Below, piece by piece: positions 1 to 11,950 of a stretch of DNA of 64,000 nucleotides. The DNA is from Vicugna vicugna (lineage: Eukaryota). Location of the stretch: the NCBI GenBank assembly GCA_013265495.1, contig MU057801.1:1295879-1359878 (forward strand), read 5' to 3'. The notes beneath the pieces were generated by a model. It worked only from the letters and a program-made list of their open reading frames with translations, was not told the origin of the DNA and searched no databases. Positions within the stretch are counted from its first letter, which is position 1. Every line of letters begins with the position of its first letter. A program made the position numbers and the translations under genes.

Positions 1-979
1 TTACTTTGCTAATAATATTTTGAACATGCAAAACTTTTTGATTTTTATTTTTAGGTAATGAATATATTTCTTATTCTGCCTGGATTTTTCAGCCACAGCC
101 TCACTCCCAGGTTATAGAAAAACCCATCGTGTTTTTTCTAGTATTTGCCGGTTTCGTATTTTTTATGCTGGAATTGTTCATCCATTTCGAGTTTACTCTG
201 ATGCATGGTGTGAGGAAAAGATCCCATTGTAGCTTTTTCCATACGATTGTCTAGTGGTCCTTCTGTGCCTTCTAATTTCTGCTAACGCAGCTCACATGCT
301 GTCCTCATGATGCGCTGAATTTCCACGTGCAGTCGGCTCTGTGTTTGTCCTTTTAGAGAAGAGTATGTGACGGTGTATTTGGGGCCTCTGTATGACAACT
401 CTGTGTGGCCTTTACAAATCTTCACTTGTTGCCGAGTCTTTGGTTCACAGCCTTTCCCCTTAGTGTCTGCAGACACTTAGACCCTGGTGTCAGCTGTGCA
501 GAGAAATCTGGGGCCAGGCTCATTTTTGGTACTTTGTAGATAACCATTTTTTATGACTGAAATATAGGAGTTTTTGGTCTTTATAATTTAAAGTTGCTCT
601 TAGATTTTTGCCACGTGTGGTTTTCTTTTCACTGATTATTTTGATCTGTGTTGCCTTGATCTTTTTTCAGCTTTAGGAAGTTGGTTTTTTACATCTTTGG
701 CTTTTCCTGTTTAATTTGGTCTAGTCTCTCAGAGGCAGCAGTTTCCCACAAATTGACTTTCCAGTCTCTTTCTTCCATTTCCATCGCCTTCTTCCTCCTT
801 CATTTTGCTCTTTGTTAGCCGCTCAGCTTGCACCATGGGAGAGTGTCTTCATTTTGTCTATGTGTCAGTGTGATTTTCCACATCATCAGTCCAACGCCGG
901 TCCTCTACACTAGTGCGTTTTAATAACTGCGTTTTTAGTTTCCGTGCAATTACCCTTTGGTCAACCTGTCTGTCATGGG

Positions 980-1173
980 CACTAGAGTCAGACAGACAGA
1001 CGGACCTGGATTCAGATCACTGCTGTGACATTTACAGCTCTTCGTCTTGAACACGTTACTTCACTTCTTGAACCCTCAACTGTCTGACTGACAATAGGAT
1101 GGCTTTTAGGAGTGGACAGACAGTGTATACACTGTGTCTGGCATACAGTAAGTGCTCAATAAATGATAGCTAT
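980..1173 (+). mobile_element. MIR SINE
   Basis: gagtcagacag...acctggattca..., tggcatacagtaagtgctcaataaatg. Confidence 0.75.
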
Positions 1174-3739
1174 GATCAAACCTTTATCCCACTGCCTGTT
1201 TAGCTCTTTCTAAGTGGCCTTTTAATCTCAGCCTATTATTTCCACACAGAGTTCTACCACCATCTCTAAAGGTAGTATCTTCTCGCACAGCAACAAAATC
1301 TTACTAAAAGTTCTTTTCCTTATCCTGAACTATGTCACTTCCAGAGAAAGAACCTTCTTGTGGGTCATGTAGAAACAGCATTCCTTCCCCTCCTTAGTTG
1401 GGGTGCGGGTCCTTCACTTCTGTTTGGACGAGGCGAGCTGCGTTCTGTCTGATGTGCCGAGCGGACGGTGTGAGTTGCGCCCTGGCTGGGCCCCTGTCCC
1501 CCTTCCGAGGCCCAGTGCAGCTCTCAGACTAGGTCCAGTGCCCCTTGTCCTCCTGTGAAGTAGCGTCACCTTTGTCCCACAGCTCCTGGTCCTCTGTGAC
1601 TCCGAGTGGTTGTGTCCGCAGAAGCGAAGAAAGCCATGAATCAGAGAGCACTGTCACGGAGCCGCCTGCGGGCTTCCCACCCGGCTCGCGAGGGAAGCTC
1701 ACCCTGCGGCCCGCTGGCCTCTCCCTTACCCCTTTCCTCCAGCCACCCTTCCTGAAGATGCTTTTGTTAAAATCACCTTCTTTTTAAAAAGATATTAAAC
1801 AGCATTAGTTTATTTATTCTTCCATAAACATTTCACATACTTTATTGTACTTTTCTTATGAAAGTCCTTGCTTCATAACAATGGAAGTTCCTTGTATATT
1901 TGGCTCCCTTTCCTAAATTCTCTGCACCTGGAGGGCAGGATCCCGGTTTGAATTAATTGTGTAATTCCCACAGCCCCCTGGGGGGCAGAGGGGCAGCACT
2001 GAGCCCAGTGGGGACCTGCTTAGCGAGTCACCGTTTTTGGACTTCCTTCTTTTCTCCCTTACTTCCCGGCCTAGCGTGCTTTCCTGGCTCACCTCCCTAT
2101 AAACCACTTGCACTGAGATCCTTGGCTCAGGACCAGCTTCCGGAGGAACCCAAACTGAAACATCTGTTAATGCTTAATGGCATTTACTGCAGGGTGAGGG
2201 CGAGAAATCGTCACACTAATGGTCATGTAATAAAGTCATACTGAGCATCAATGATGTCCTGTCTGTGACTGGATGCACTTCCCTTACGTGCTGTGAAGAC
2301 ATTTTATTTTGGAAATGGCTCATGCATTGTTTAGAAGATTCTTTTTTTTTTTTAATAAAAGCACTTAACACATGCCGAATGTAAGAAATAGGGAAAATCT
2401 TACATAAGCTACAGGAAAGTTCCTATTAAGTACGAGTGAATCTAAAAATAGTTTGTCTTCTTTGATTTTTGAATTCTAAAGAAGACAAAACAAACACAGA
2501 CATACAGGGAGGTTTGAATATAAATAAATTTTAGTCACTGCTTTCTCTGTGTTGTACTTTTATGCTCAGAAAACACCTGAAAATTGTAGTTGCTTATACA
2601 GTCAGTCGCTTGACAATAATCCCGGAAAATCATCCTTATCTTTCTTTTATAAGGCGTTCCAGGAACAATCAGGTCAATGGAGAGTCCTAGGTGCTGCTGA
2701 GAACCACCAATTTTGTGACAATCATTGAAATTGTGCTGCATTCCAGCTGCTTTGAGGACAGACAAACAAAGCAGGATGTAAATAACTCTCTTTATTTTTC
2801 TCGTTTCAGCTTTGTTTTCCATCTCCATGTTAATCAAATCCAACGTTACTGAAGACGATGTGGCACAGAAAGCTCGGTCTGGTTTTTCCCAGGCGGTTGT
2901 TATTTTACAATAATCTGGCAAAATAAGGGCCAGTATTTATTCAGTGTCAGTGCTCGTCTGCGAGACATTGTCCCTCTGCGTTACTTACAATACGTGAAAA
3001 CCTACTTAGCACACGTGGAGAAATACAATATATTCAGCAATCAAAGACTGGAACATGACTGCCGGGTACTAAGTAAGTGAGCGAGGGCTGTGAAATGGCC
3101 TTTCAGGGGGCACTTCTGGCAGCCCTGAGCGATGGTACAGGACCCTCTCCCCCAGGGGCAGCGTCCAGCGGCGAGAGCAGAGCTCCCGGAAGGCTGCTGC
3201 CCTCTGCCTGAAGGACCTTCGGCAAGTCTGTTCATCTCCTTGCGTCTCAACTTTCTTATCTGCGCGTTGAAGGGTTTCTGCCAGATGCTCCGTGAGTTCT
3301 CACTAGGAGCTTAAAGTCAGTGTCTGTTTAACCGACAGAGTGACCCAAAGTACTTACAGCACGGCTCACCTGGCAGGAGCTGGGTTATGGGGACAAAAGA
3401 ATAGAACGGCGAATGAAGCGAATTGAGCGGTTCCTTCCACCCATCCTTCCACGTCAAGGTGTGATCCCAGCTCCGCAGCAGCTCAGCCCCAGAGAGGAGG
3501 ACAGGGAAGCGGAAGGTGGGGCCTCAGACAGCGCAGTATTCAGGGCTGGCAGAGGGAAGCGCCGACCTGGAGGCCAAGGCCTTACGCATGGAGCCAAAAA
3601 TGGGCAGTTGAGAAAGGAGTGAAGAGCTGTAAGAGGGTAACGGGGCTCCCAACAAAGGCACTCCAAAAGAAGAGCCACCGCCTTCGTTAGAAGTGTCTCG
3701 GGGCAACCACCATAACTGCAGCAAGCAGAGATGAGCGTC

Positions 3740-4045
3740 ACTGAGCCATCTGTTGCGAGCCTACCACGTGCCTGGGAGCTCCTGCAAGTCACACATGGGT
3801 CATACGTAGCGCTGCCTCCCAGGAGTTTACAGTCTGGAGGCACAGGTATGTGCACCATTAATTGGCTCTGCTCTAGTCTGCAGATCACATGAAAACAGGT
3901 GTCTCAGTCAAGTGCCGAGGGGGTGCAGAGAATTAAATCTGGCTCAACTAAACGGGGAGGGTTAAGGAAAGGCTTTGGAATGGAAGCGACTTTTACCCGG
4001 GCCTTGAGAGATGAGTAGGGTTGTCAGGTGGGGATGACGGAAGAG
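3740..4045 (-). mobile_element. L2 3' fragment
   Basis: gagcctaccacgtgcc...ggagtttacagtct...aggaaaggcttt...ggccttgagagatgagtagg. Confidence 0.5.
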
Positions 4046-4051
4046 CAGAGG

Positions 4052-5375
4052 ATTATTGCATTCTTTTCACAGCTGAGTAAGATTCCATTGTATAATATAC
4101 CAAACTTCTTTATCCAGTCATCTGTCGATGGACATTAGTCTGTCCCCATGCCTTGGCTGTTATAAGTAGTGCTGCTGTGAACACTGGGATGCAGGTGTCT
4201 TTTGGAATTAGAGTTTTCTCAAGATATTATGACCAGGAGTAAGATTGCTGGATCATATGGTAAGTCTATTTTTAGTTTTTTAAGAAACCTCCATGCTGTT
4301 TTCCACAGTGGCTGCACCAAACTGCATCCCCACCAGCAGTGCAGGAGGGCTCCCTTCTCTCCACAGCCTCTCCAGCATTTGTCGTTTGTGGAGTTTTCAA
4401 TGATGGCCATTCTGACTGGTGTGAGGTGGTGCCTCATTGCAGTTTTGATTTGCATTTCTCAAATTATGACTGATGCTAAACATCTTCTCAAGTGCCCCTT
4501 GGCCATCTGTGTGTCTTCTTTGGAGAACTGCCTGTTTTGTCCTTCTGCCCATTTTTTGACTGGATTGCTTGTTTTTTTCATATTGAGCTGTACGAACTGT
4601 TTGCATATTTTGGAAATTAAGCCAGTGTCAGTTGCATCTTTTGCAAATATTTTTTCCCGTTCTGTAGGTTGTCTTTTCATTTCATTCATGGTTTCTTTTT
4701 CTGTGTGGAAGCTTTTAAGTTTAATTAGGTTCCATTTGTTTCTTTTTGCTTTTGTTTCCAGTGCTGTAGGAGGTGGATCCAAAAAAATACTGCTGTAATT
4801 TTTGTCAAAGAGAGTCCTGCCTGTGTTTTCCTCTAGGAGTTTTATAGTGTCTGGTCTTACATTTAGGCCTTTAGTCCATTTTGAGCTTATTTTTGTACAT
4901 GATGTTAGAGAATGTTCTCATTTCAGTCTTCTACAGACAGCTGTCCAGTTTTCCCAGCACCGCTTATTGAAGAGACTGTCTTTTCTCCACTGTATATTCT
5001 CGCCTCCTTTGTCATAGATTAATTGACCGTAAGTGCGTGGGTGTATTTCTGGACTTTTTATCCTGTTCCATTGGTCTGTGTGCCAGCACCACGCTGTTTC
5101 GATTACTGTAGCTTTTTGTAGTGAAGTGTGAAGTCAGGGAGTGTGAGTCCTCCAGCTTCAGTCTTCTTTCTCAGGACTGTCTTGGCTATTTGGATTCTTT
5201 CGTGTTTCCATACAGGTTTAATAATTTTTTGTTCTGGTTCTGTGAAAAACGCCACTGGTAGTTAGGCAGGGACTGCACTGGTCTGTCGATTGCCTTGGGT
5301 AGTGTGGCCATTTTAGCAATACTGAGTCTTCCAGCCCAGGAGCACGGTGTGTGTTTCCATCTCTTTGTGTTGTCC
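4052..5375 (-). mobile_element. L1 fragment (3' part of ORF2), frameshifted
   Basis: Minus-strand peptides [19 protein letters not shown]...[23 protein letters not shown] and PCSWAGRLSIAKMATLPKAI are typical L1 ORF2p segments. Confidence 0.95.
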
Positions 5376-5749
5376 AGTAGCACATCTTTCAATAAGCTAT
5401 GCCCCCTGTGGAAAGGCAAGGTGAGACCTGTGATCCAGTTGAAATAAGCAGCACTCTCCGTTCTTTCCCTTTTGTCTGAAATATCCATGTAAACGTCGTT
5501 TTGGTCTTGAATTTGTTTCTTCATTATATTTTGCCTGTACAGATAGAGCCCAAAAGAGACAATTAGAGGCTACATTATTGAGATTAAAATAGACAAAACA
5601 CACGTGCAAGCCGACTGGGAAAGAAAGTCAACCGGCCCTTCTGAAAGCCGGAAGGCTATTCACGTGATGTCTGAAAATATTGCAGATATTAAAGTAAAAG
5701 ATAAATCTCTAATCTTCACAAGAAGTCTCAGCAGTGAAACAGAAACATA

Positions 5750-6300
5750 AAGGAAGCTTCAAATAAATAAAGACACTTGTGTTTCCGGGAAGGATGGCTA
5801 ATGGCTGTGAGTAATGAGACCTAATTCTTCTCAAATTAGATATTTATTGAAGGCAATTCAAGGTTTGTTTTGGAGGACTTTGAGAAAATAATTCTAAAGT
5901 TTATCTGAAAGAGATAAAAGGCAGGTATTTACAAGCCAGTGATAGGAGATCTCCTATAAAGTATGCTTTGAAGCTACGCTACTTAAAACAATGTGATTAA
6001 GGCATAAAAACAGACAACTGTAGCAGAATTGTTAGTTACGTGATTGTTAATTATACACGAAAAACATTTGGCAAGAGAGGCATCACGGATCAGGAGGTAA
6101 AAGATAAATAATTTAGTAAGTGTTTTGAAATTCCTAACCCTCGACAGTATCAGAAAAGTCAGTGTGTGAACCGTATGCTTGCATCGCATCCATTAACACA
6201 AAATATATGCCTCTGTCACGTGAGAGATTTGTGAAATCATAAACTTGACATTGACACTTTTCACTGTATTTTTATTGTATACAGATATGAACACAAAAAG
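5750..6300 (+). mobile_element. Ancient degraded L1 (L1M/L1ME-like) ORF2 remnant
   Basis: A-rich sequence with L1-like phrases (aattctaaagtttatctg; ttaaaacaatgtg); a similar remnant resumes at ~7500-7900. Confidence 0.5.
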
Positions 6301-6532
6301 AAAGAGGTAAGAAAAAATTACCCTTAGACAACGATGGAGAAAATGACATTTTAGTCACAACCTTCTCCTCTGACAAGCCCACCTCTTCCCCACCGACACT
6401 GACCAGATAACTGGCCAATCCAGGATGTCAGGTGCTGGTTGGGTTCCAGGCGGAATGTTGGTGTGTCCCCGGGGGCTTGTTGTGGCTGGCGGAGCCACGG
6501 CAACTGGGCAGAGCCCTGGGTGGGTCAGTGCC

Positions 6533-7345
6533 ATGGAGGGGCTGCTGTCCTCTGTGGAGCTTGGCTTCATGGCTTCGGGCCTTAGGTTGCTGAGTGCGGT
6601 CCTGGTGGTGCTGCTGCCCAAAGGCCTGTGTTCTCAGCTCACGTTCCAGAGCCTCCCCTGGGAGACAGCGTTGAGTCCGCCTGTCCTCACCTTATTGCTC
6701 AGTATTTTATTTACTTTCAGACTTATTCAGTCTCTTACAAGTCAAGTTAATAGAAGACATGAAAAGCAACTGGCAAAAACACTGGCTGCACAGATCCAGG
6801 AGAACTGCCACCTCATCGACCGGCTTTATGTGGCTAAACAGGAGTGTGCCAGGGTGGAGACAACTCTAAAGGATGCCAGGCTAGGGATGAGCCAGTAAAT
6901 ACACCATGCCTCGCTGACGCCTACAGAAAGGTGATGACGGCCAACCTGAGCTTGAGGAAGGAAATCAGTTTTCTCGTCCGAGAACTGAAGAGAGTGCGAC
7001 CCCTGCAGTCTATACGAGAAGAGATGGCGGAGATGCTAAAGGTGCTCAAGTTCCTGGAGGAGGTCACGAGAATCAGCACATCACAAGGGGCTTTTACACA
7101 CCAACTAGGGGACCGAGCACTGAGTCCTGATGGCCCCCCTCCCAGGAGTGGGCCCTCGTGTTAAAGCCATGCTGTGCCCTCCCCTCCACTCAGGCCTCCC
7201 AAGCGGCCGGGCTACATTCACTCAGTCAGGTCTCTGCCTGAGCTGCACCGAGGCCAGTGGATGGAGGGCAGTCCCTCCTCTGGACCAGAGTCCCTCCAGC
7301 TTTGCCAGTGAGCACAGCAGTGAGCTCCTTCGTGGTCAGCATCTC
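6533..7345 (+). pseudogene. Processed cTAGE5/MIA2-family retrocopy, frameshifted and internally deleted
   Basis: GCCATGG start at 6533. LPKGL...LPWE...hydrophobic segment...RRHEKQLAKTL...VETTLKDA resembles recalled cTAGE5 LPEGM...FPWE...TM...GREKKLALML...VESSLKDA. Similarity continues in the next frame (NLSLRKEISFLVRELK...EEMAEMLK) and then resembles the start of the proline-rich region (ALSPDGP, AMLCPP, PLDQ). No introns. Confidence 0.8.
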
Positions 7346-9062
7346 TCACCTAAAATATACTGGGATTCCCAGAGCACACACACACAAAATGTTTTGGAAA
7401 AGTTGGCAAGCTATTTTGGGGGAAAATATAGATTTATCCTTTTCTTCCAAAACCTTATTTAAATTTCAAATAAATTTAGAATTATATACAAGAAAATTAA
7501 GTAATAGTATTTGAAATTTTAGGGATAAATATATAACTGATCTCTAGAGGAAAAGATACATTCTAAACATAATGAAAAAAATCACAAAGGAAAATGTTAG
7601 TACTTTTGACATAAACTTCTCTCTCTATGCTTAAGAAATGATAAAATACTGTAAAAGTTAAAACATATGAAAAAATATGACTTCCAAATATGGTGGCTTC
7701 AAATAATAAAAATTCATACGTTAGAATCCCTACAGATATGTGGGCAAAGAACAAGATTCAGGAATATTGTGAAATAAACATAAATGAAAAATAAATTGGT
7801 GAAAATATTCAGACTCACCTGTAATGAAAGAAATGCCATCAAAACAGCTACGAGACACCGTTTCGCTCATGAAATCAGGAAAGACTGAAAGGCGATGGTG
7901 CCGTGGAGGCTGTTAGGGCTGGGCTGTCACGCGCTGGTAGGAGCGGGAGGGAGCCGGTGCCGGTCACGGAGCAGGACCCCTCCCGGTAAGTCCTCTTCCA
8001 GGACAGCCTCCCGAGAAGCCGGCCGCCCTGCAGGCAGAGACGCAGAGCTGTTCACAGCCATCTCACCTCCACTGTCATGTTGACAAGTTTTAAAAAAATT
8101 TGATGGAACTTAAGAGTACATAGGGTGTCACAGCGATCATTTCTAAAAAGTGTATTATTTCCCGTTTGCCCCTTCCTTTGGATTTTGTCTGTAAGCAGAG
8201 GTGGGAGAGGGTAGGTGTGGTGGATAAATACCTTCCGCTCCCTCAGCTCCCCGCTGGAAGTCAGAGGGCCCCGGGGCCCAGATAACGTGGCTTTAGAGGG
8301 CAGCTTCCCCGGGCGAAGAGCCGAGGAGAGGAGGGTGGAACTTGGGGCCAGGTGGCGGCCCCCCGGAGGATCAGAGCAGGAGGCTGAAGGGCACCGACAG
8401 CCCCCCTGCAGAGGAGCCCAGGGGCTGCCCCTTTCTGCTCCGCTGCACGGCTCCGGCCGCGTTTCTCGTCGCGCGTGGCAGACAGATGGCCCGCACCTGT
8501 GACCCCTGACCTCCACGTCCCCCTCCCGCCCCCCGCGTATTTTGGAGGCTTGTGCTGTGGCACGGGGGGTGGGGTGCAGTGACACGCCGGGGATTTGCTT
8601 TAAAACACTGCAGCAAGAAGAAAATGGTTCTAGAGCAAAGGTCAGCTGAAGTGAATGTGTCAACATCCAGTGACTGGAATATGGCGCTGTCCGGGGTGGG
8701 GAGGGTGCTGTATATTCTTTTGAATGCTTGAAATTTGTCATCATAAACTTTGCTTTAAAACTGTATAACATACCAAAAAAACTGCATGACAGCAGTTGCC
8801 ATGGCAACATAAGTGATGGCCTCACCCAAATAGACGTGTGTGCAGACCTCCCAAAGCTCCCAAGTTCCTGGCCCGCTGCCCCCCTCCCAGGCCTCCACGC
8901 GGAGGGCATGACCGCCCCCCAGCACGGGGTGCGCTACTGGAAAACGTGCTGCCCCGTGTTTCTCCGGGTGGCCCGGACAAGGATGGAGGTCGCTGTGGTC
9001 ATGCACTTCACCTGGAACTTTAAAATTAAAAGAAAAGGAGTTATCTGAGGCCCCTCAGAAGA

Positions 9063-9250
9063 AACTGGACCTGGGGTCGGACATGGCTTCAAATACCAGC
9101 TCCACCCTCAGCAAGCTCTTAACTTTTCTGAGCCTTGACTTCTTTGGCTGTAAAAATAGTAGTGTCCATCTTTATCCAAAAAGGATTGATGTGAAGATGG
9201 AAAGAAATGGTGTGTGTGGTCCCCCCAGCACCTCGCCTGGGTGTGGCATG
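9063..9250 (+). mobile_element. MIR SINE
   Basis: ttcaaataccagctccacc...gcaag...cttaacttttctgagcct...ctgtaaaa core. Confidence 0.6.
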
Positions 9251-11221
9251 TGCTCCCCTCTTTCCTCCTCTGTCCCAGAGGAGAGAGTCCTCGGCAGCTT
9301 TGGCTTCAGGTGTGCATTCTGTGGGCAAGAATTCCTTTCTTCTTAGGCTATAAACGCCCTTTCCAAGAACCTTGGGCCACCCATCTGCTTCTTGCTCACT
9401 TGTGGTCTGAGGACTTTGATTCCTGCCCTCTGTGGCCCCTCTGGACTTTTTCTCTGGGAGGATTCTGTTTTTAACCACCCCGAGTCCACACCTGGTGAAT
9501 TCCACCTGCCCCCCAGTCCCGGCCCCCAGGACGGGCCCTCGCCCCGAGGCCGCCGCTCTCCCAGGACGCGCTCTCACGCTGCCCGGGGAGGGCTGGCCTC
9601 CCGACCGCAGGAGAGGAGTTTTCCAGGTGAAAAGCCACCTTGCTGCCGTCTGAGTTTCACTATCCAGACCTTCCAGCGGAAGCCTTGTGAGGTCTCTGTG
9701 TGAGCTTTTTTTCCTCTATTTTAATTTTTTTAATTTACAATGTGTCCATTTCTGGCGTGTGATCTCGGTACCTAACGGCTTGTGAGAGACCAGGGGATTC
9801 TGAAGGGCAGACCAGCTTGAAATTTAAATCTGATTTTCTCCAGCCACAACTTCGGGGGCAGCAAAATACTCAACCTTCGGCCTCATGTCTGCATAAAAAC
9901 GTGACACACACAATATGCATATTAACTCGTGTGATTCTGTGTTCACAGGAGTTCATAAACAGGAGGGGTGGCCTTGGCTGGAATAGGCAGGGATGGCTTC
10001 AGGGAGGAGGTGGCCTGGGATGAAGGGGAACCTTGGAGGTTGAAAAGAATTGAGATGAAAGAAAAGAAGGAAGGATGGGAAGCATTCATGAGCTCGACCT
10101 GCTAGGCTATCTTTATAATTTGTAATCAGAAACCAGAAAAGCTGTCAGATGGATTCGTTTCAGAGTGAGCTGAAAAAAGGGTAATATTGGAAAACTCAGA
10201 GCACAGTCGAGTGTGATTTCTGAGTGTGTGTGACGGTAGCCCACAGCCCCTGGCACACGAGCCCCGAGGAGGTGGCTCTCACTGTGCGGAGGGTGAGCGG
10301 TGACCTGACGCCCCAGCCTTTGGCGCAGGGCCGGGCAGCTGAGGCAGCGAAAGCTCTCCAGTGGAGCCAGCGTGTGGCCGAGGCTGAGAACCTCTGCTCT
10401 AAACGTCAGCACGGCCGTCCTGCCTGAGCCTGCTGTTTGAGAAGTCAGCCAGCCGTCTAGGGCGGAGCCCAGGGATCCCGACATCCCGCCGTGCGGTGGG
10501 CCGGCCCGGGCACTGGTGCTTTTAAAACGTGCTCCAAAATGATTCAAATGAGCCCCCAGCGTGGGAACCACTGTTCTGATTTCAAAGAGGGCAGCCAGCG
10601 TCCTCCGAATCCTGGTCCCGGAAGGGGCGCAAGGAGCTCAGCAGACCCTGCGGCCAGCAGCCCGGCCGCTCCTCACCTCCCGCCTTGAGTGCTCTGCGAG
10701 GAGGGGAGGGTGGGTTTGGGGAAGGGAGATGTTAGCAGAGTCAGGGTTCCCTCTTCCTTCCCTGCCCGCGGCCAAGCAAGGAGGAGGTGACCCGAGGGTG
10801 ACAGAGATGGGGTGCAAGCAGGGAGAGTGACAAGCAGTCCCAGCGGAGTGGCTCCTCTGCACCCGGGGGCTCCCCGAGGAGGTGCTGCTGCCCGGCGTCT
10901 CCCAGGTCCCCCGAGTGCCCCGTGAGAGCGGGCGCACCTGCCTGCCTCACTCGGGGCCTCCGGCGCAGGTGTCTCAGCCAGCGAGCCACCACGGGGAGGA
11001 GAGCGTGCCGGGAGCTGCCAGCTGAGGAAGAGAAGCCATCCTCCCTTCTCCCTCTATCCCGGCATCCTTCCCCCACGCTGTGGACCCCATGCCCCCGCCC
11101 CCGACCCTGTGCCGTCAAGGTCCCTGCTGAAGCCCATTCTGGGGACAGGAAGAAATGAGATTTCAGTAGAATTCTACCTACTGAGTTTAATAACCAAAAG
11201 CAATTGGGGAGGTCCCCCCCA

Positions 11222-11950
11222 CCCCTGAGATGTAACTGACATAGACACCGTGTAAGGTGAAGGTGCACAGCGTGTTCATTTGATACTCTTATATATTGTA
11301 ATATGACTGCAGCTGTAGCTTCAGCTGAACACCTCCATCACATCGCATAATTATCATCTCCTTTTGTTGAGAACATTTAAGACCTGGTTTCTTAGCAACT
11401 TTGAAGAGTATAATACTGTCTTGTTGACTCTAATTATAATGCTGCTCATTAGACCTCCAGAATATATTCACGTTATAGATGGGAGTTTGTGCCCTCAGAA
11501 CCAGTCTCCTCGAGTCCCCCACCGCCCCCAGCTCCTGGTAACACCATTCTACTCTATTTCTGCAAGTTGGGCTTTTTCAGCGTCCACGTTTAAGTGAGAT
11601 CGTGCAATAGTTGTCTTTCTCTGTCTGATGTAACTCACCTACCATAATGCCTTCAAGGTCCGTCCGTGCGTCTGCAAATGGCAGCCTGCTCTTTGTTCTC
11701 CTGGTTGAATAATATTCCATTGTGTGTGTGTGTACCACACCTTCCTTGGCCACTCACCTGCTGACGGACACTTGGTCGTTTCTATGTCCTGGCTGTTACG
11801 AGTAACGCGGCAGTGAACGTGGGAGGACAGATACCCTCTGATGTCCTGTTACTTGGCTGTGTACCCAGGGTGGGACTTCGGGTCGCACGGTAGTTCTACT
11901 TTTAACTTTTTGAGGAACCTCTGTACTATTTTCAACAGTAGCTGAACTAG
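11222..11950 (-). mobile_element. L1 3' end (older L1MA/MB-like)
   Basis: Typical antisense L1 3' phrases: gttgaataatattccattgtg, tttttgaggaacctc, ttgtctttctctgtctg. Confidence 0.85.

Noticed and set aside
4202..4798. 198-aa hydrophobic plus-strand ORF
   Set aside because: Antisense reading of L1 ORF2, a common artefact.
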